Shown here: in pieces, positions 44,591-53,933 of the stretch
How positions within the stretch are numbered: position 1 is the stretch's first letter
Layout: the number at the start of each line of letters is the position of its first letter
NCBI GenBank assembly: GCA_963747915.1
Contig: CAVVHC010000002.1
Coordinates: 882,846 to 946,845 of the forward strand
Direction: 5' to 3'
Origin: an uncultured Actinomycetota bacterium
Lineage (GTDB): Bacteria > Actinomycetota > Actinomycetes > Frankiales > Frankiaceae
DNA: 64,000 nucleotides
Notes under the pieces: model-generated
What the model was told of the DNA's origin: nothing
Seen by the model: the letters and a program-made list of their open reading frames with translations, nothing else
Database searches by the model: none
Position numbers and translations under genes: made by a program

Positions 44591-47129
44591 GTGGCTCAAT
44601 CGACTGGTGGGGGCGTCGATAGAGCGGCTGTCATGAGCACAATTTCCCGGGGCCCTGCCCTAGGCCGGGGCGCCGATCTCGGTGCCGCGGTGCTCGAGCT
44701 CGACGCGTCGGGCTCCATCCGCAGCGCGGAAGGCGGCGTGCGCGCGCTGCTGGGCATTCGGCTCGGCGAGCTGCTGCAGCGGCCGCTGCTCATGTTCGTA
44801 CATCCCGCCGACCGCCCGATCCTCGAGGCCGGACTGCCCCGGCTCGTCCCCTCGGGTCCGTCCCGGCGCTTCGACTGCAGGATGGCCCGTCCCGGTGGCT
44901 CCTGGCGCTGGATCGAGCTGTCGGCCGGCCGCAGCGCCGACGGCATGTTCGTTTCCCTGCACGACGCCACCCGCGCCCGCACTGCCGAGCGCGAGGCCCG
45001 CGAGGCGCAGGCGCTGGTGCAGGCGCTGCTTGCCCACTTCCCCGGAGCGGTCAGCGTGAGTGACCTCGAGGGACGACTGCTCTCGGTCAACCGCGAGTTC
45101 GCCAAGCTGAAAGGCAGCCACCCGGAGCTCCTGCTCGGCCAGCGCGCGGAGCAGCTGCACTCCGACCCGGACATCCTGCCGCGGGTGCTTCGCGAGGGCC
45201 GGGCGGTCGAGCGCGATGTGGTGATCACCCTTCCCGATGGGGACCAGCGGACCTATGCCGACATCCGGTTCCCGGTCTTCGGTCCCGACGGTCGTGCCGC
45301 CGCGCTCGGCGAGATCGCCACCGACGTCACCGCCCTGCGCGCCGCGCAGCTTCCGGTTGCCGCCGGCGCGGCCGACTTCACCGAAGAGCGGTATCGCCTG
45401 CTCGCCGAGCACTCCCTCGACGTGATCGCCCGGATGCGTCCGGACGGCACGTTCAGCTACGTCTCTCCGGCCGCGATCGAGGTGCTCGGGTTCGCACCGG
45501 AGGAGCTCACCGGTCCCGGTGCGCCTGGCGGGCGGGTGCATCCCGAGGACGAGGCCGTCGTCGCCGATGCCATCTCGCGGGTGGTCGCCGGCGGGCCGGC
45601 GAAGACGCTGGCCTACCGTTTCCTGCACGGCAACGGCACGTGGCGTTGGCTCGAGACCACCTGGAGCTGCATTCGCACCGCGGACGGTGCGGTCGTTCGT
45701 GCCGTCGACCCGGAGCTGGACGAGCCCGCCGTCCGCTACGAGCTTTTCGCGACCACCCGTGACGTTTCCGACCGGTACGAGGCGCAGCAGCAGCTGGAGC
45801 AGCTCGCGCTGCGCGACGGGCTCACCGGCCTCGCGAACCGGGCGTTGCTTTCCGACCGGCTCACGACGGCGATCGAACGCCTCGAGCGGCGCGGCGGCGC
45901 GGTCGCCGTGTACCTGATCGATCTCGACCACTTCAAGGCCATCAACGACACGTTCGGCCACGCCGGCGGCGACGCTGTCATCGTCGAGGCCGGCCGCCGG
46001 CTCACCCGTGCGTCGCGAGCCGGCGACACCGTCGCTCGGCTCGGCGGTGACGAGCTGATCCTCGTCGCCGAGGTCGCCGGACGCGGCGAGGCCGAGGCGC
46101 TCGGGCAGCGCCTGCTGGAGCAGCTGCGCAAGCCCTATCCGGAGCCGGTCGGCGAGCGGCTGCACCGCCTCCATCGGCCTGGCCCTCGCCCGCGACTACC
46201 GCTGCGACCCCGACGGGCTCCTGCAGCGGGCAGACGTCGCGCTGTATGCCGCGAAGCAAGCCGGCCGCGACCGGGTCGAGGTTTTCGCGGGTGCCGTTCA
46301 GCGCCGGTTGGGCCGCCGCCGCGCCGTCGAGCAGCAGGTTCGCCAGGCGCTGGCGAAGGACGGGCTGCGCGCTGCACTACCAGCCGCTCGCCGATCTGGA
46401 CACCGGCACGGTGGTCGCCGCGGAGGCGCTGGCCCGGCTGGACAATCCGGATGGGCTGCCGGTGTCGCCGGACATCTTCATCGCGGTCGCGGAAGAAACC
46501 GGGCTCATCGCCGACCTGGACCGCTGGGTCATCCGGCAGGTGATCCGCGCAGATCCGTACCCTGCGCGCGAGCGGCAGCGGACGCTGCCCGATCTTCTCG
46601 GTCAACGTCTCGGCCCGCACCCTTGCCGGACCCGAGTTCGCGCAGCTGGCTCGGCGACGAGATGGACGCGGCTGAGCTCGACGGTGCCGGGCTGTCGCTG
46701 GAGCTCACCGAGCGCACCCTGCTGGTCGCCGGGGAGACGGTCGAACGCACGCTGGCGGCGCTCGCGGAGATGGGGGTGGGTGTCGGTCTCGACGACTTCG
46801 GCACTGGCTGGTCCTCGCTGCGCTATCTCTCCGAGCTCGCCTTGGACTTCGTCAAACTCGATCGCGCGTTCACCGCGGAGCTGGTGCCTGACAGCCGCAA
46901 ATTCGACTTCGCCGTCGCCATCTGCGGGTTGGCGCGTTCGCTGGGCCTCGCGGTCGTGGCCGAGGGAATCGAGACCGCCGGGCAGGTCGAGCTGCTGCGC
47001 GCCGCCGGCTGCGACCTCGGACAGGGCTACGCGCTGGCCCGGCCCACCACCATCGAGCAGCTGCCGACCGAGATCGCCCTGCTCTCCGGGAGCCGCCCCG
47101 CCGTCACCCCGGACATCCTGACGCGGTAG
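44591..47129 (+). pseudogene. PAS-PAS-GGDEF-EAL protein with four frame breaks (about 46161, 46369, 46541, 46645)
   Basis: Intact up to the GGDEF domain (RLGGDELILV...PEPVGERL). It then continues as TASIGLALARD...ALYAAKQAGRDRVEVF / LHYQPLADLDTGTVVAAEALARL...DRWVIRQV / AQIRTLRASGSGR.PIFSVNVSARTLAGPEFAQL / LGDEMDAAELDGAGLSLELTE...DDFGTGWSSLRYL...GQGYALARP, with successive +1 phase shifts. Confidence 0.8.
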
Positions 47130-47155
47130 GAAAGCCCCAGAGAAGGGGTGACTGC

Positions 47156-48346
47156 ATGAGTACGCGACCGGCGCTCGATCTGCTCGACGGCGACTTCTAC
47201 CTGGACCCGTACGCGACGTACGCGTGGTTCCGGGAGAACGAGCCCGTCGCGTGGGACGAGACCAACGAGCTGTGGGGCATCTTCCGCTACGACGACATCG
47301 TCGAGATCGAAAGCCACGACGAGGTCTTCATCAACAGCGATCAGGAAAAGGGCGGCTACCGCCCGAACATCCCGGCCGACCCGGCCATCATCGGGCTGGA
47401 CAACCCGCTGCATGCCGCCCGGCGCAAGCTCGTCAGCCGGCAATTTCACGCCGCGTGCGGTGCTGCGCCGCGAGGAGCACGTGCGCGAGGTCGTGACCGA
47501 GCTGATCGAGGCGGCGCTCGCGAAAGGCAGCGGCGTCGAGGTCATCGACGAGCTCGCCGCGCCGCTGCCGGCACGCATGATCGGCTGGCTGCTCGGCTTT
47601 CCGGAGGACGACTGGCGCCGGCTCAAGGCGTGGTCGGAGGAAACGATCGTGCTCGGCGGCGGACCGCGGTACTTCGACGAGAAGGGCGCGGCGGCCGCGG
47701 TCGAGTTCTTCGGCGAGGCCGTCGCGCTCTTCGAGGAGAAGAAGCGCTGCCCCGCCGACGATGTCATGACGATCTGGACCAACTCGCAGATCGACGGCCA
47801 GCCCATCACCCCCGCCGAGGTGCAGGCGGACTGCCTGCTGCTGCTCGACGGCGGTGCGGAGACCACCCGCACCGTCATCGCGCGGACGCTGCTGAACCTC
47901 ATCAAGCACCCGGAGCAGTGGGCAGCGCTGAAGGCCGGAGCCGACATCGCCTGTCGCCGTCGAGGAGTTCATCCGCTACGTCTCGCCGGTGCACAACATG
48001 TGCCGGGTCGCCACCCGCGACTACGAGATCGGCGGGCGCGACGATCAAGAAGGGCCAGCAGGTCGTGCTGCTCTACAGCTCGGCCAACCGCGACACGGCA
48101 CACTTCACCGACCCCGAGCGTTTCGACGTCACCCGGCGACCCAACGAGCACATCGCGTTCGGGCTCGGCACCCATTTCTGCCTCGGCGCGGGTCTCGCCC
48201 GGCTGGAGATCCGGGTGTTCTTCGAGGAGTTCGTGAAGCGGGTCGGGCAGGTGCGGCTCACGCCGGGCGGACGGCTCGAGGAGATGCCGAACGCGTTCGT
48301 CTACGGGTTGAAGGCGGCGGACCTGGATCTCGTCGCCGCGTCGTGA
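47156..48346 (+). pseudogene. cytochrome P450 with three frame breaks (about 47445, 47948, 48040)
   Basis: The pieces are LHAARRKLVSRQF / TPRAVLRREEHVREVVTELIE...LLLLDGGAETTRTVIA / AVEEFIRYVSPVHNMCRVATRDYEIGGR / TIKKGQQVVLLYSSANRD...FGLGTHFCLGAGLA (heme Cys loop). Together they make a complete P450. Confidence 0.85.
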
Positions 48347-48355
48347 CGCAGCGCC

Positions 48356-49312
48356 TCAGCTGATGGGCGGATCGGCGATCTGCTGCTCCGACCACTCCCA
48401 TAGCCGCTCGGCGAGGTCCTCGTCGACGGCGTGCGGGGCGACGCCTTCGGTGCGCGACTCGTTCTGCGGCGGCGCGATGTGGGCGTCCTCCAGGTAGATG
48501 CCGCCCTTACCGGCAAGCTCCGGCGAGGTCGCTGCCCACACGCTCGTCGCGGCACCGGCGGCCACCGACTTGCGGGTCAAGGCACCGCTCGGCGATCGCG
48601 GACGCCAGATCCTTCGAGGTCGTCGCGGGACAGGTGGCGGGACAGCTCCGTCGCGATGACGCCGGGGTGCACCGCGAAACTGTGGATGCCGCTTCCCGCC
48701 AGCCGGCGTTCGAGTGCGACGGTGAAGAGCACGTTGGCCGTCTTCGACTGGCCGTACGCCTCCCACTTGTCGTACTCGCGGGTGCGGTAGTGCGGGTCGT
48801 CCCAGTTGATGCCGCTGCGGAAGTGGCCGCGCGAGCTGAGGTTCACGATGCGGACGTCGGCGCCGGACTTGGCGGCGGCCTGCAGGCAGGGCATCAGCTC
48901 GGCCGTCAGCGCGAAATGGCCGAGGTGGTTCGTGCCGAGCTGCAGCTCGAAGCCGTTGGACGGTCTCGCCCTGCGGGGCGGCCATCACACCGGCGTTGTT
49001 GATGAGCAGATGCAGCTCGGGGTGATCGGCCCGAAAGTGCGTGCCGAATGCACGGATGCTGGCGAGCGAGCCGAGGTCGAGCTCGCGGATCTCCAGCTTG
49101 GCGTCCGGCACCGACTCGCGGATCTGCGCCGCCGCCTGCTCGCCCTTCGCCACATCGCGTACGGCCATCACCACCGTGGCGCCGGCGGACGCCAGCGCGC
49201 GGCTGGTCTCGATGCCCAGGCCGGCGGAGGCGCCCGTGACCACGGCGAGCTTGCCGGCGAGGTCGATGCCTTCGAGGACGTCGTCGGTCGTCGTCTCAGC
49301 AGTGCCCGGCAT
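48356..49312 (-). pseudogene. SDR-family oxidoreductase (retinol-dehydrogenase-like) with frame breaks near 48961 and 48580-48625
   Basis: VVTGASAGLGIETSRALA...[16 protein letters not shown] / [19 protein letters not shown]...[11 protein letters not shown]...HPGVIATEL / ...KSVAAGAATSVWAATSPEL.... The phase arithmetic needs one extra base at the first site and two at the second. Confidence 0.8.
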
Positions 49313-49390
49313 GCGAACTCCTTCGTTGACCTCGTCTCACCCAAGCAGCCGGCCCCGCAGCACCCGGCGGCGGGTGGGTTTACGCTGATT

Positions 49391-49406
49391 CAGAACGCTA
49401 TTTCAG
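49391..49406 (+). promoter_or_regulatory. candidate operator (CAGAACGCTATTTCAG) upstream of amidohydrolase 1
   Basis: Imperfect 5-6-5 inverted repeat in a lower-GC divergent intergenic region, 34 nt before the start. It matches 12 of 16 positions of the site at 53896. Confidence 0.35.
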
Positions 49407-49439
49407 CTTCGGCATGCCCCTGCGCACCGGGAGGTTCCC

Positions 49440-50627
49440 GTGAACCACGACGAGCTCTTCTTGCCCGACCCGTTGCCGCGCGAGGTGAAGTACACGGTCA
49501 TCTCGGTGGACGACCACGTCGTCGAGCCCCGCAACACGTTCGAGGGGCGGGTGCCGAAGCATCTCGCTGACCGGGCGCCGCGCATCGTCGAGACCGAGCA
49601 GGGCCACGAGGTCTGGGAGTTCGAGGGGCAGCGCTTCACCCAGGTCGGGATGAACGCCGTCGCCGGCCGGCGTCCGGAGACGGTGAAGCTCGAGCCGTTC
49701 CGTTTCGAGCAGATGCGGCCCGGCTGCTACGACATCGAGCCGCGGGTGCGTGACATGGACCTCGGCGGCATCTGGGCCTCGGTGAATTTCCCGTCGCAGA
49801 TCACCGGTTTCTGCGGCCGGGTGTTCTTCAATGCGCAGGACCGCGAGCTCGGTCTCGCCTGCATACAGGCCTGGAACGACTGGCTTTTCGACGAGTGGCA
49901 CGTGCCGTACCCGGAGCGGATCATCCCGCTCGGCATCACGTATCTGTCCGACCCGCAGCTCGCGGCCGCCGAGATCCACCGCATGGCGGAGCGCGGCTTC
50001 GTGGCGGTGACCTTCCCGGAGCGGCCGCACATGATCGGGCTGCCCTCGCTGTGGGAGCGCGACCACTGGGACCCGATCCTGCAGGCGTGCGTCGACACCG
50101 ACATGGCGATCTGCCTGCACGTCGGCAGCTCGGGGCTGAACACCGCGCCGCCCGGAGCGCCGTCGCTGCAGATCGGTGCGACGCTGTTCAGCAGTGCCTC
50201 GCTGGTCGCCTGCACGGAGTGGCTCTGGTCGGGCTACGCCGTGCGGATGCCGAAGCTGAAGATCGTGATGAGCGAGGGCGGCATCGGCTGGGTCGCGATG
50301 CTGCTCGACCGGCTCGACAACATCATCGACCGCTCCGGCTACGGGCTCGGCTGGGACGAGCGTCCGGCTGACGTGCTCAAGCGCAACTTCTCGTTCTGCA
50401 CGATCGACGACCCGTCGACGATCGACACCCGCCACCGGATCGGCGTCGAAAACATCATGGTCGAGACCGACTACCCCCACGGCGACGGCACCTGGCCCGA
50501 CTCCCAGCTGGTGCTGGAAAAGGCGTGGGGTCACATCCCGCCGGCGGAGCTGCGGATGATGTGCAGCGAGAATGCGGCGCGTGTCTTCCGCCACCCGCTG
50601 CCGCCTACCGTGCTGCCCCTCGACTGA
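49440..50627 (+). CDS. amidohydrolase_2 (ACMSD/LigW-like) family protein, paralogue 1
   Basis: ISVDDHVVEP..., GMNAVAGRRPE and ETDYPHGDGTWP motifs. GGGAGG lies upstream of GTG at 49440. Confidence 0.85.
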   Translation: MNHDELFLPDPLPREVKYTVISVDDHVVEPRNTFEGRVPKHLADRAPRIVETEQGHEVWEFEGQRFTQVGMNAVAGRRPETVKLEPFRFEQMRPGCYDIEPRVRDMDLGGIWASVNFPSQITGFCGRVFFNAQDRELGLACIQAWNDWLFDEWHVPYPERIIPLGITYLSDPQLAAAEIHRMAERGFVAVTFPERPHMIGLPSLWERDHWDPILQACVDTDMAICLHVGSSGLNTAPPGAPSLQIGATLFSSASLVACTEWLWSGYAVRMPKLKIVMSEGGIGWVAMLLDRLDNIIDRSGYGLGWDERPADVLKRNFSFCTIDDPSTIDTRHRIGVENIMVETDYPHGDGTWPDSQLVLEKAWGHIPPAELRMMCSENAARVFRHPLPPTVLPLD

Positions 50628-50639
50628 AAGGCGCCGTCC

Positions 50640-51374
50640 GTGACTTTCATCCCGACCGCGGAAAAGCTCATCCCCGATCTGTCGACGCGTGAGGAGCTGG
50701 TGCTGCTGGCGCGCACCCTCTGGCACGAGGGGTACTGCGACCATCTGGCCGGCCACATCACCTGCAACCTCGGCGACGGCACGCTGCTGTGCAACCCGTG
50801 GCTCATCACCTGGAACGAGCTGCGTCCCGAGCAGGTCATCCGCATCGACCTGGAGGGCAAGCTCGTCGAGGGCGACTGGCCGGTGCCGCTCGGTATCCCG
50901 CTGCACCTGCAGCTGCACAAGCTGCGCTCCGACGTGAAGTGGGCGATGCACAACCACCCGCTGTACGGCACGGTCTGGTCCGACATGGGGGAGATCCCGC
51001 CGGTGCTCGATCAGAGCTCGGCGCTCGGCGGGGGTGAGCTGGTGCTCGTCGACGAGTACGACGGCCCGGTCAACGACCCCACCACCGCCCGCCGCGCCTG
51101 CGAAGCGATGGGCGATGCGGAGCTCGCGTTGCTCGCCGGTCATGGCGTGTTCGTGCTCGGCGGCTCGGCCCGGGCCGTGCACCAGCGGGCAGTGGCGCTC
51201 GAGCAGCGCTGCCAGCGGGCGTGGCACGTGCGGGCGGCCGGCGCGACTCCGAAGTCGCCGCTGCCGGAGGCCTACGTCAACGGCATGCGCAAGTCCAACG
51301 GCGAGGGCTTCATCGGCTTCTGGGAGGCGATGGTCCGCGAGGAGCTGCGGCGCGACCCCACGCTGCTCAGCTGA
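50640..51374 (+). CDS. class II aldolase/adducin-family protein
   Basis: HLAGHITCNL...IPLHLQLH...MHNHPLYGT...LLAGHGVFVLG are typical metal and fold blocks. Confidence 0.83.
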   Translation: MTFIPTAEKLIPDLSTREELVLLARTLWHEGYCDHLAGHITCNLGDGTLLCNPWLITWNELRPEQVIRIDLEGKLVEGDWPVPLGIPLHLQLHKLRSDVKWAMHNHPLYGTVWSDMGEIPPVLDQSSALGGGELVLVDEYDGPVNDPTTARRACEAMGDAELALLAGHGVFVLGGSARAVHQRAVALEQRCQRAWHVRAAGATPKSPLPEAYVNGMRKSNGEGFIGFWEAMVREELRRDPTLLS

Positions 51375-51379
51375 CGCCC

Positions 51380-51454
51380 AAGATCAACGCTGCACGCAGG
51401 TGGGTTTGGCGCCCAGATCGGGTGCCAAACCCACTTCTGTGAAGCGTTGATCTT
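51380..51454. repeat. 75-nt palindromic element, copy 1
   Basis: AAGATCAACGCTGCAC..GGTGGGTTTGGCGCC-loop-GGTGCCAAACCCAC..GTGAAGCGTTGATCTT. It starts 6 nt after the aldolase stop and ends at the DUF559 stop. Confidence 0.75.
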
Positions 51455-52298
51455 CTAGCGGAGCCGGAGCGCCTGCCGCACCGCGTTGACGACCTGGTTC
51501 GGCCGTTGGATGAGATCGGCCGGCGTGAACCGAAGCACCTTCCACCCAGCGTTGACGAGCGCGTTCTGGCGAGCGCGATCGCGTTGGAACGCGGCCCGGT
51601 CGCTGTGATGGGCGAACCCGTCGACCTCGACAATCAGTTTGGCCTTGGGCCAGGCGAAGTCGACGCGTCCGACGAACAGGCCGGTGAATCGGACCTCGAA
51701 CTGGCAGGTCGGCGTCGGCAGTCCCGCTGAAGACGACGAGCAGGAAGAACACGGACTCGTACACCGAAGCCCGAGCTGGATCGACGAGATCGGCGATCTG
51801 GAGCAGTTTCGGCCGGCCGAGCCGGCGGAGGTGGGTTTGTAGTAGTGCCACGGGGACGCTGTCTCGGCACGCTCCGTCAAGTACGGCGACCGCCTGGATG
51901 ACGGGCAGCTGCACCGCGAGGTCGACGGCTGTCCTCAGCGGGTTGGTGGTCGGCACGCTGCGCTCATTGCGGACGTCGTCGCCCGTGAGCTGTTGCCGAA
52001 CGATTCGCGCACCGGGCCACCGGGTGGGGCAGCGTCGCTTGGGGACGGCGAGCTCGATCTGGTCGGGTGGTTCGAGCAACGGCCACCCGTACCACTGCGC
52101 GGCAGTTCGGCCGCCCAGCGCGACGAGTGGTCCGACCGCCGTCGTCGCGACGAGCTCCGGGCTCGCGGCGAGCAGCCGAAGGCGGCCGCGGTCGCTCGCC
52201 ATGAGCCCAGCGCGCTGCAGCCGCATCAGCGATTTCCGGCCGAAACCGGCCTTACCAGCCCAATCTAGGGAGAAGGGACGGCACAGGTCCTCGTACAT
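51455..52298 (-). pseudogene. DUF559 (Vsr-like endonuclease fold) protein with one frame break near 51730
   Basis: The N-terminal 188 aa are in one phase (...DPARASVYESVFFLLVV). The C-terminus is in the next phase (SAGLPTPTCQFEVRFTGLFVGRVDFAWPKAKLIVEVDGFAHHSDRAAFQRDRARQNALVNAGWKVLRFT), which is the DUF559 signature. Confidence 0.75.
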
Positions 52299-52351
52299 CG
52301 GCCAAGCTTGCCGAGGCCGAGACAGGACCTCGCCGACTTATCCACACCCTC

Positions 52352-52426
52352 AAGATCGACGCTTCACGGAGGTGGGTTTGGCGCCGAAAGGAGGGGTCAA
52401 ACCCAGTTGAGTGAAGCGTTGATCTT
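52352..52426. repeat. 75-nt palindromic element, copy 2
   Basis: AAGATCGACGCTTCAC..GGTGGGTTTGGCGCC-loop-GGGGTCAAACCCAG..GTGAAGCGTTGATCTT. The arms match copy 1 and the central ~12 nt differ. The last T is the first base of the crotonase stop codon. Confidence 0.75.
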
Positions 52427-53181
52427 CAGCGCTTGAGGGACGCCTGGATGGCGCGGACGCGCTCGGCGAAGCCCGGCTGGTCCATCGACCACTCCTGCGC
52501 CTCGAGCTCCAACGCCATCGCTGCGGTCGCGCTGGTCAGCTGGGCGCTGGCAGCGATGGACGCCTTGGTGCGGATGACCAGCTCGCGCGGGCGGCCAGCG
52601 GCGCGTTTCGCGAACTTCGTCGCGAGCGGCAGCAGCTCGTCCTCGGCGACGCAGCGCCACGCGAGACCGACGGCTGCAGCGTCTTCACCGCTCAAGACGT
52701 CGCCGCACAGCACCAGCGCCGCCGCTCCCTGCGCCCCGACCCGCTGCTCCAGCCGCCAGAGGTGACCGCCGCCGGGATGGATGCCGACGTCGAGCCAGCG
52801 CGGGTCGAAACGCGCGCCGGGCGAGCAGAGGATGACGTCGCAGGCCAGCGGCAGGTTCACGCCGGCGCCGATCGCGGGCGTGGCGACGGCGGCGATGGTG
52901 GGCACCGGCGCGTTGGAGAGCGCGGCGAAGCCGGTGTAGAGCTGCGGCAGCGGTACGTCACGTTTGATCAGCGAGTCGAGCGAGCCACCCGCGCAGAACA
53001 CCGGCGGCGAAGCCGTGAGCACGATGGCTCCCGCCCCGGCCGCGAGGACGTCCGCGACCGCCTGCGCGAGGTCGGTGCTCAGCTGCGGCGAGAGCGCGTT
53101 GCGGTGGTCTGGGTCAGCGAGGCGCAGGATGCCGACGCCGTCGGTGACGTCGGCCGCAACCAGTGACGTGGCGGCAGTCAC
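52426..53181 (-). CDS. enoyl-CoA hydratase/isomerase family protein
   Basis: FCAGGSL and AAVATPAIGAGVNLPLACDV oxyanion-hole blocks. GTG at 53181 overlaps the TetR stop (GTGA). Confidence 0.87.
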   Translation of the reverse strand: MTAATSLVAADVTDGVGILRLADPDHRNALSPQLSTDLAQAVADVLAAGAGAIVLTASPPVFCAGGSLDSLIKRDVPLPQLYTGFAALSNAPVPTIAAVATPAIGAGVNLPLACDVILCSPGARFDPRWLDVGIHPGGGHLWRLEQRVGAQGAAALVLCGDVLSGEDAAAVGLAWRCVAEDELLPLATKFAKRAAGRPRELVIRTKASIAASAQLTSATAAMALELEAQEWSMDQPGFAERVRAIQASLKR

Positions 53182-53861
53182 GAGCGGAACGCCGCCTCGA
53201 CGATCTCGTGCAGGGTGCTCGAGGGCAGTCGCTCACCGGCCTGCGGATCATCCGACATGACGGACGGGTCCAGTGACTGGTAGGCGTGCACCAAGCCGCT
53301 GAACATGCGTGACAGCACGTCCGGATCGCCGGCGCGGAAGAGGCCGGCGCGCTGGCCCTCCGCGAAGAGCTCGGCCTGCATGCGCATCGCCTCGTCGAAG
53401 CGCAGCTCCACCGTGGGATCGACGGTGACGCCGTGTGCCGCGTCGGCGGTGCCGGAGAAGCGCAGGTAAAGGCGTCCGAACGCGGGATGGCTGCGAAAGA
53501 AGCTGACCTGGAAGTCGAGTAGGCGGTGCAGCCGAGCGAGGGCGTCGCCGTCACCGGAGAGCACCGCGGTCATCGCGGGCATGAACTCCTGGCCCCGCCG
53601 CAGCCAGACGGCACGGAAGAGCTCCTCCTTGCTCGGGAAGAACAGGTAGACCGAGCCGACGGCGAAGCCGGCGAGCTCGGCGATCTCCTTCAGCGTCGAC
53701 AGGGCGAAACCGCGCCGGCCGAATACTTCCTCCGCTGCATCGAGCAGCTGGGTGCGGCTTAGATCCTGCTGGCGTAAGCGGCGCTGGGTGCGCCGGTCGG
53801 CGGCCGATGGGGCGGCCGATCCTGGTGCAGACCTCACAGTGGGTCCTCCCGCGCTTGCCAT
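53178..53861 (-). CDS. TetR-family transcriptional regulator
   Basis: ATG at 53861. HTH region LLDAAEEVFGRRGFALSTLKEIAELAGFAVGSVYLFFPSKEELF. The rest of the 464-aa track ORF is antisense to the amidohydrolase. Confidence 0.85.
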   Translation of the reverse strand: MASAGGPTVRSAPGSAAPSAADRRTQRRLRQQDLSRTQLLDAAEEVFGRRGFALSTLKEIAELAGFAVGSVYLFFPSKEELFRAVWLRRGQEFMPAMTAVLSGDGDALARLHRLLDFQVSFFRSHPAFGRLYLRFSGTADAAHGVTVDPTVELRFDEAMRMQAELFAEGQRAGLFRAGDPDVLSRMFSGLVHAYQSLDPSVMSDDPQAGERLPSSTLHEIVEAAFRS

Positions 53862-53895
53862 TTCGGACGACTCGTGTGAATCATAAGCCAGATCG

Positions 53896-53911
53896 CTGAA
53901 CGCAGATTCAG
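53896..53911 (+). promoter_or_regulatory. candidate operator (CTGAACGCAGATTCAG) between the TetR gene and amidohydrolase 2
   Basis: Perfect 5-6-5 inverted repeat in the 72-nt divergent intergenic region, 23 nt before the ATG at 53934. Confidence 0.4.
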
Positions 53912-53933
53912 TTGCGCGAGCAGGGAGCCCGGC

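Noticed and set aside
51380-52426. The palindrome-gene-palindrome arrangement as an integron cassette with attC sites.
   Set aside because: The arm ends (GATCAAC / GTTGATC) do not fit the RYYYAAC / GTTRRRY cores. No intI integrase or attI lies nearby, and there is only a single cassette.
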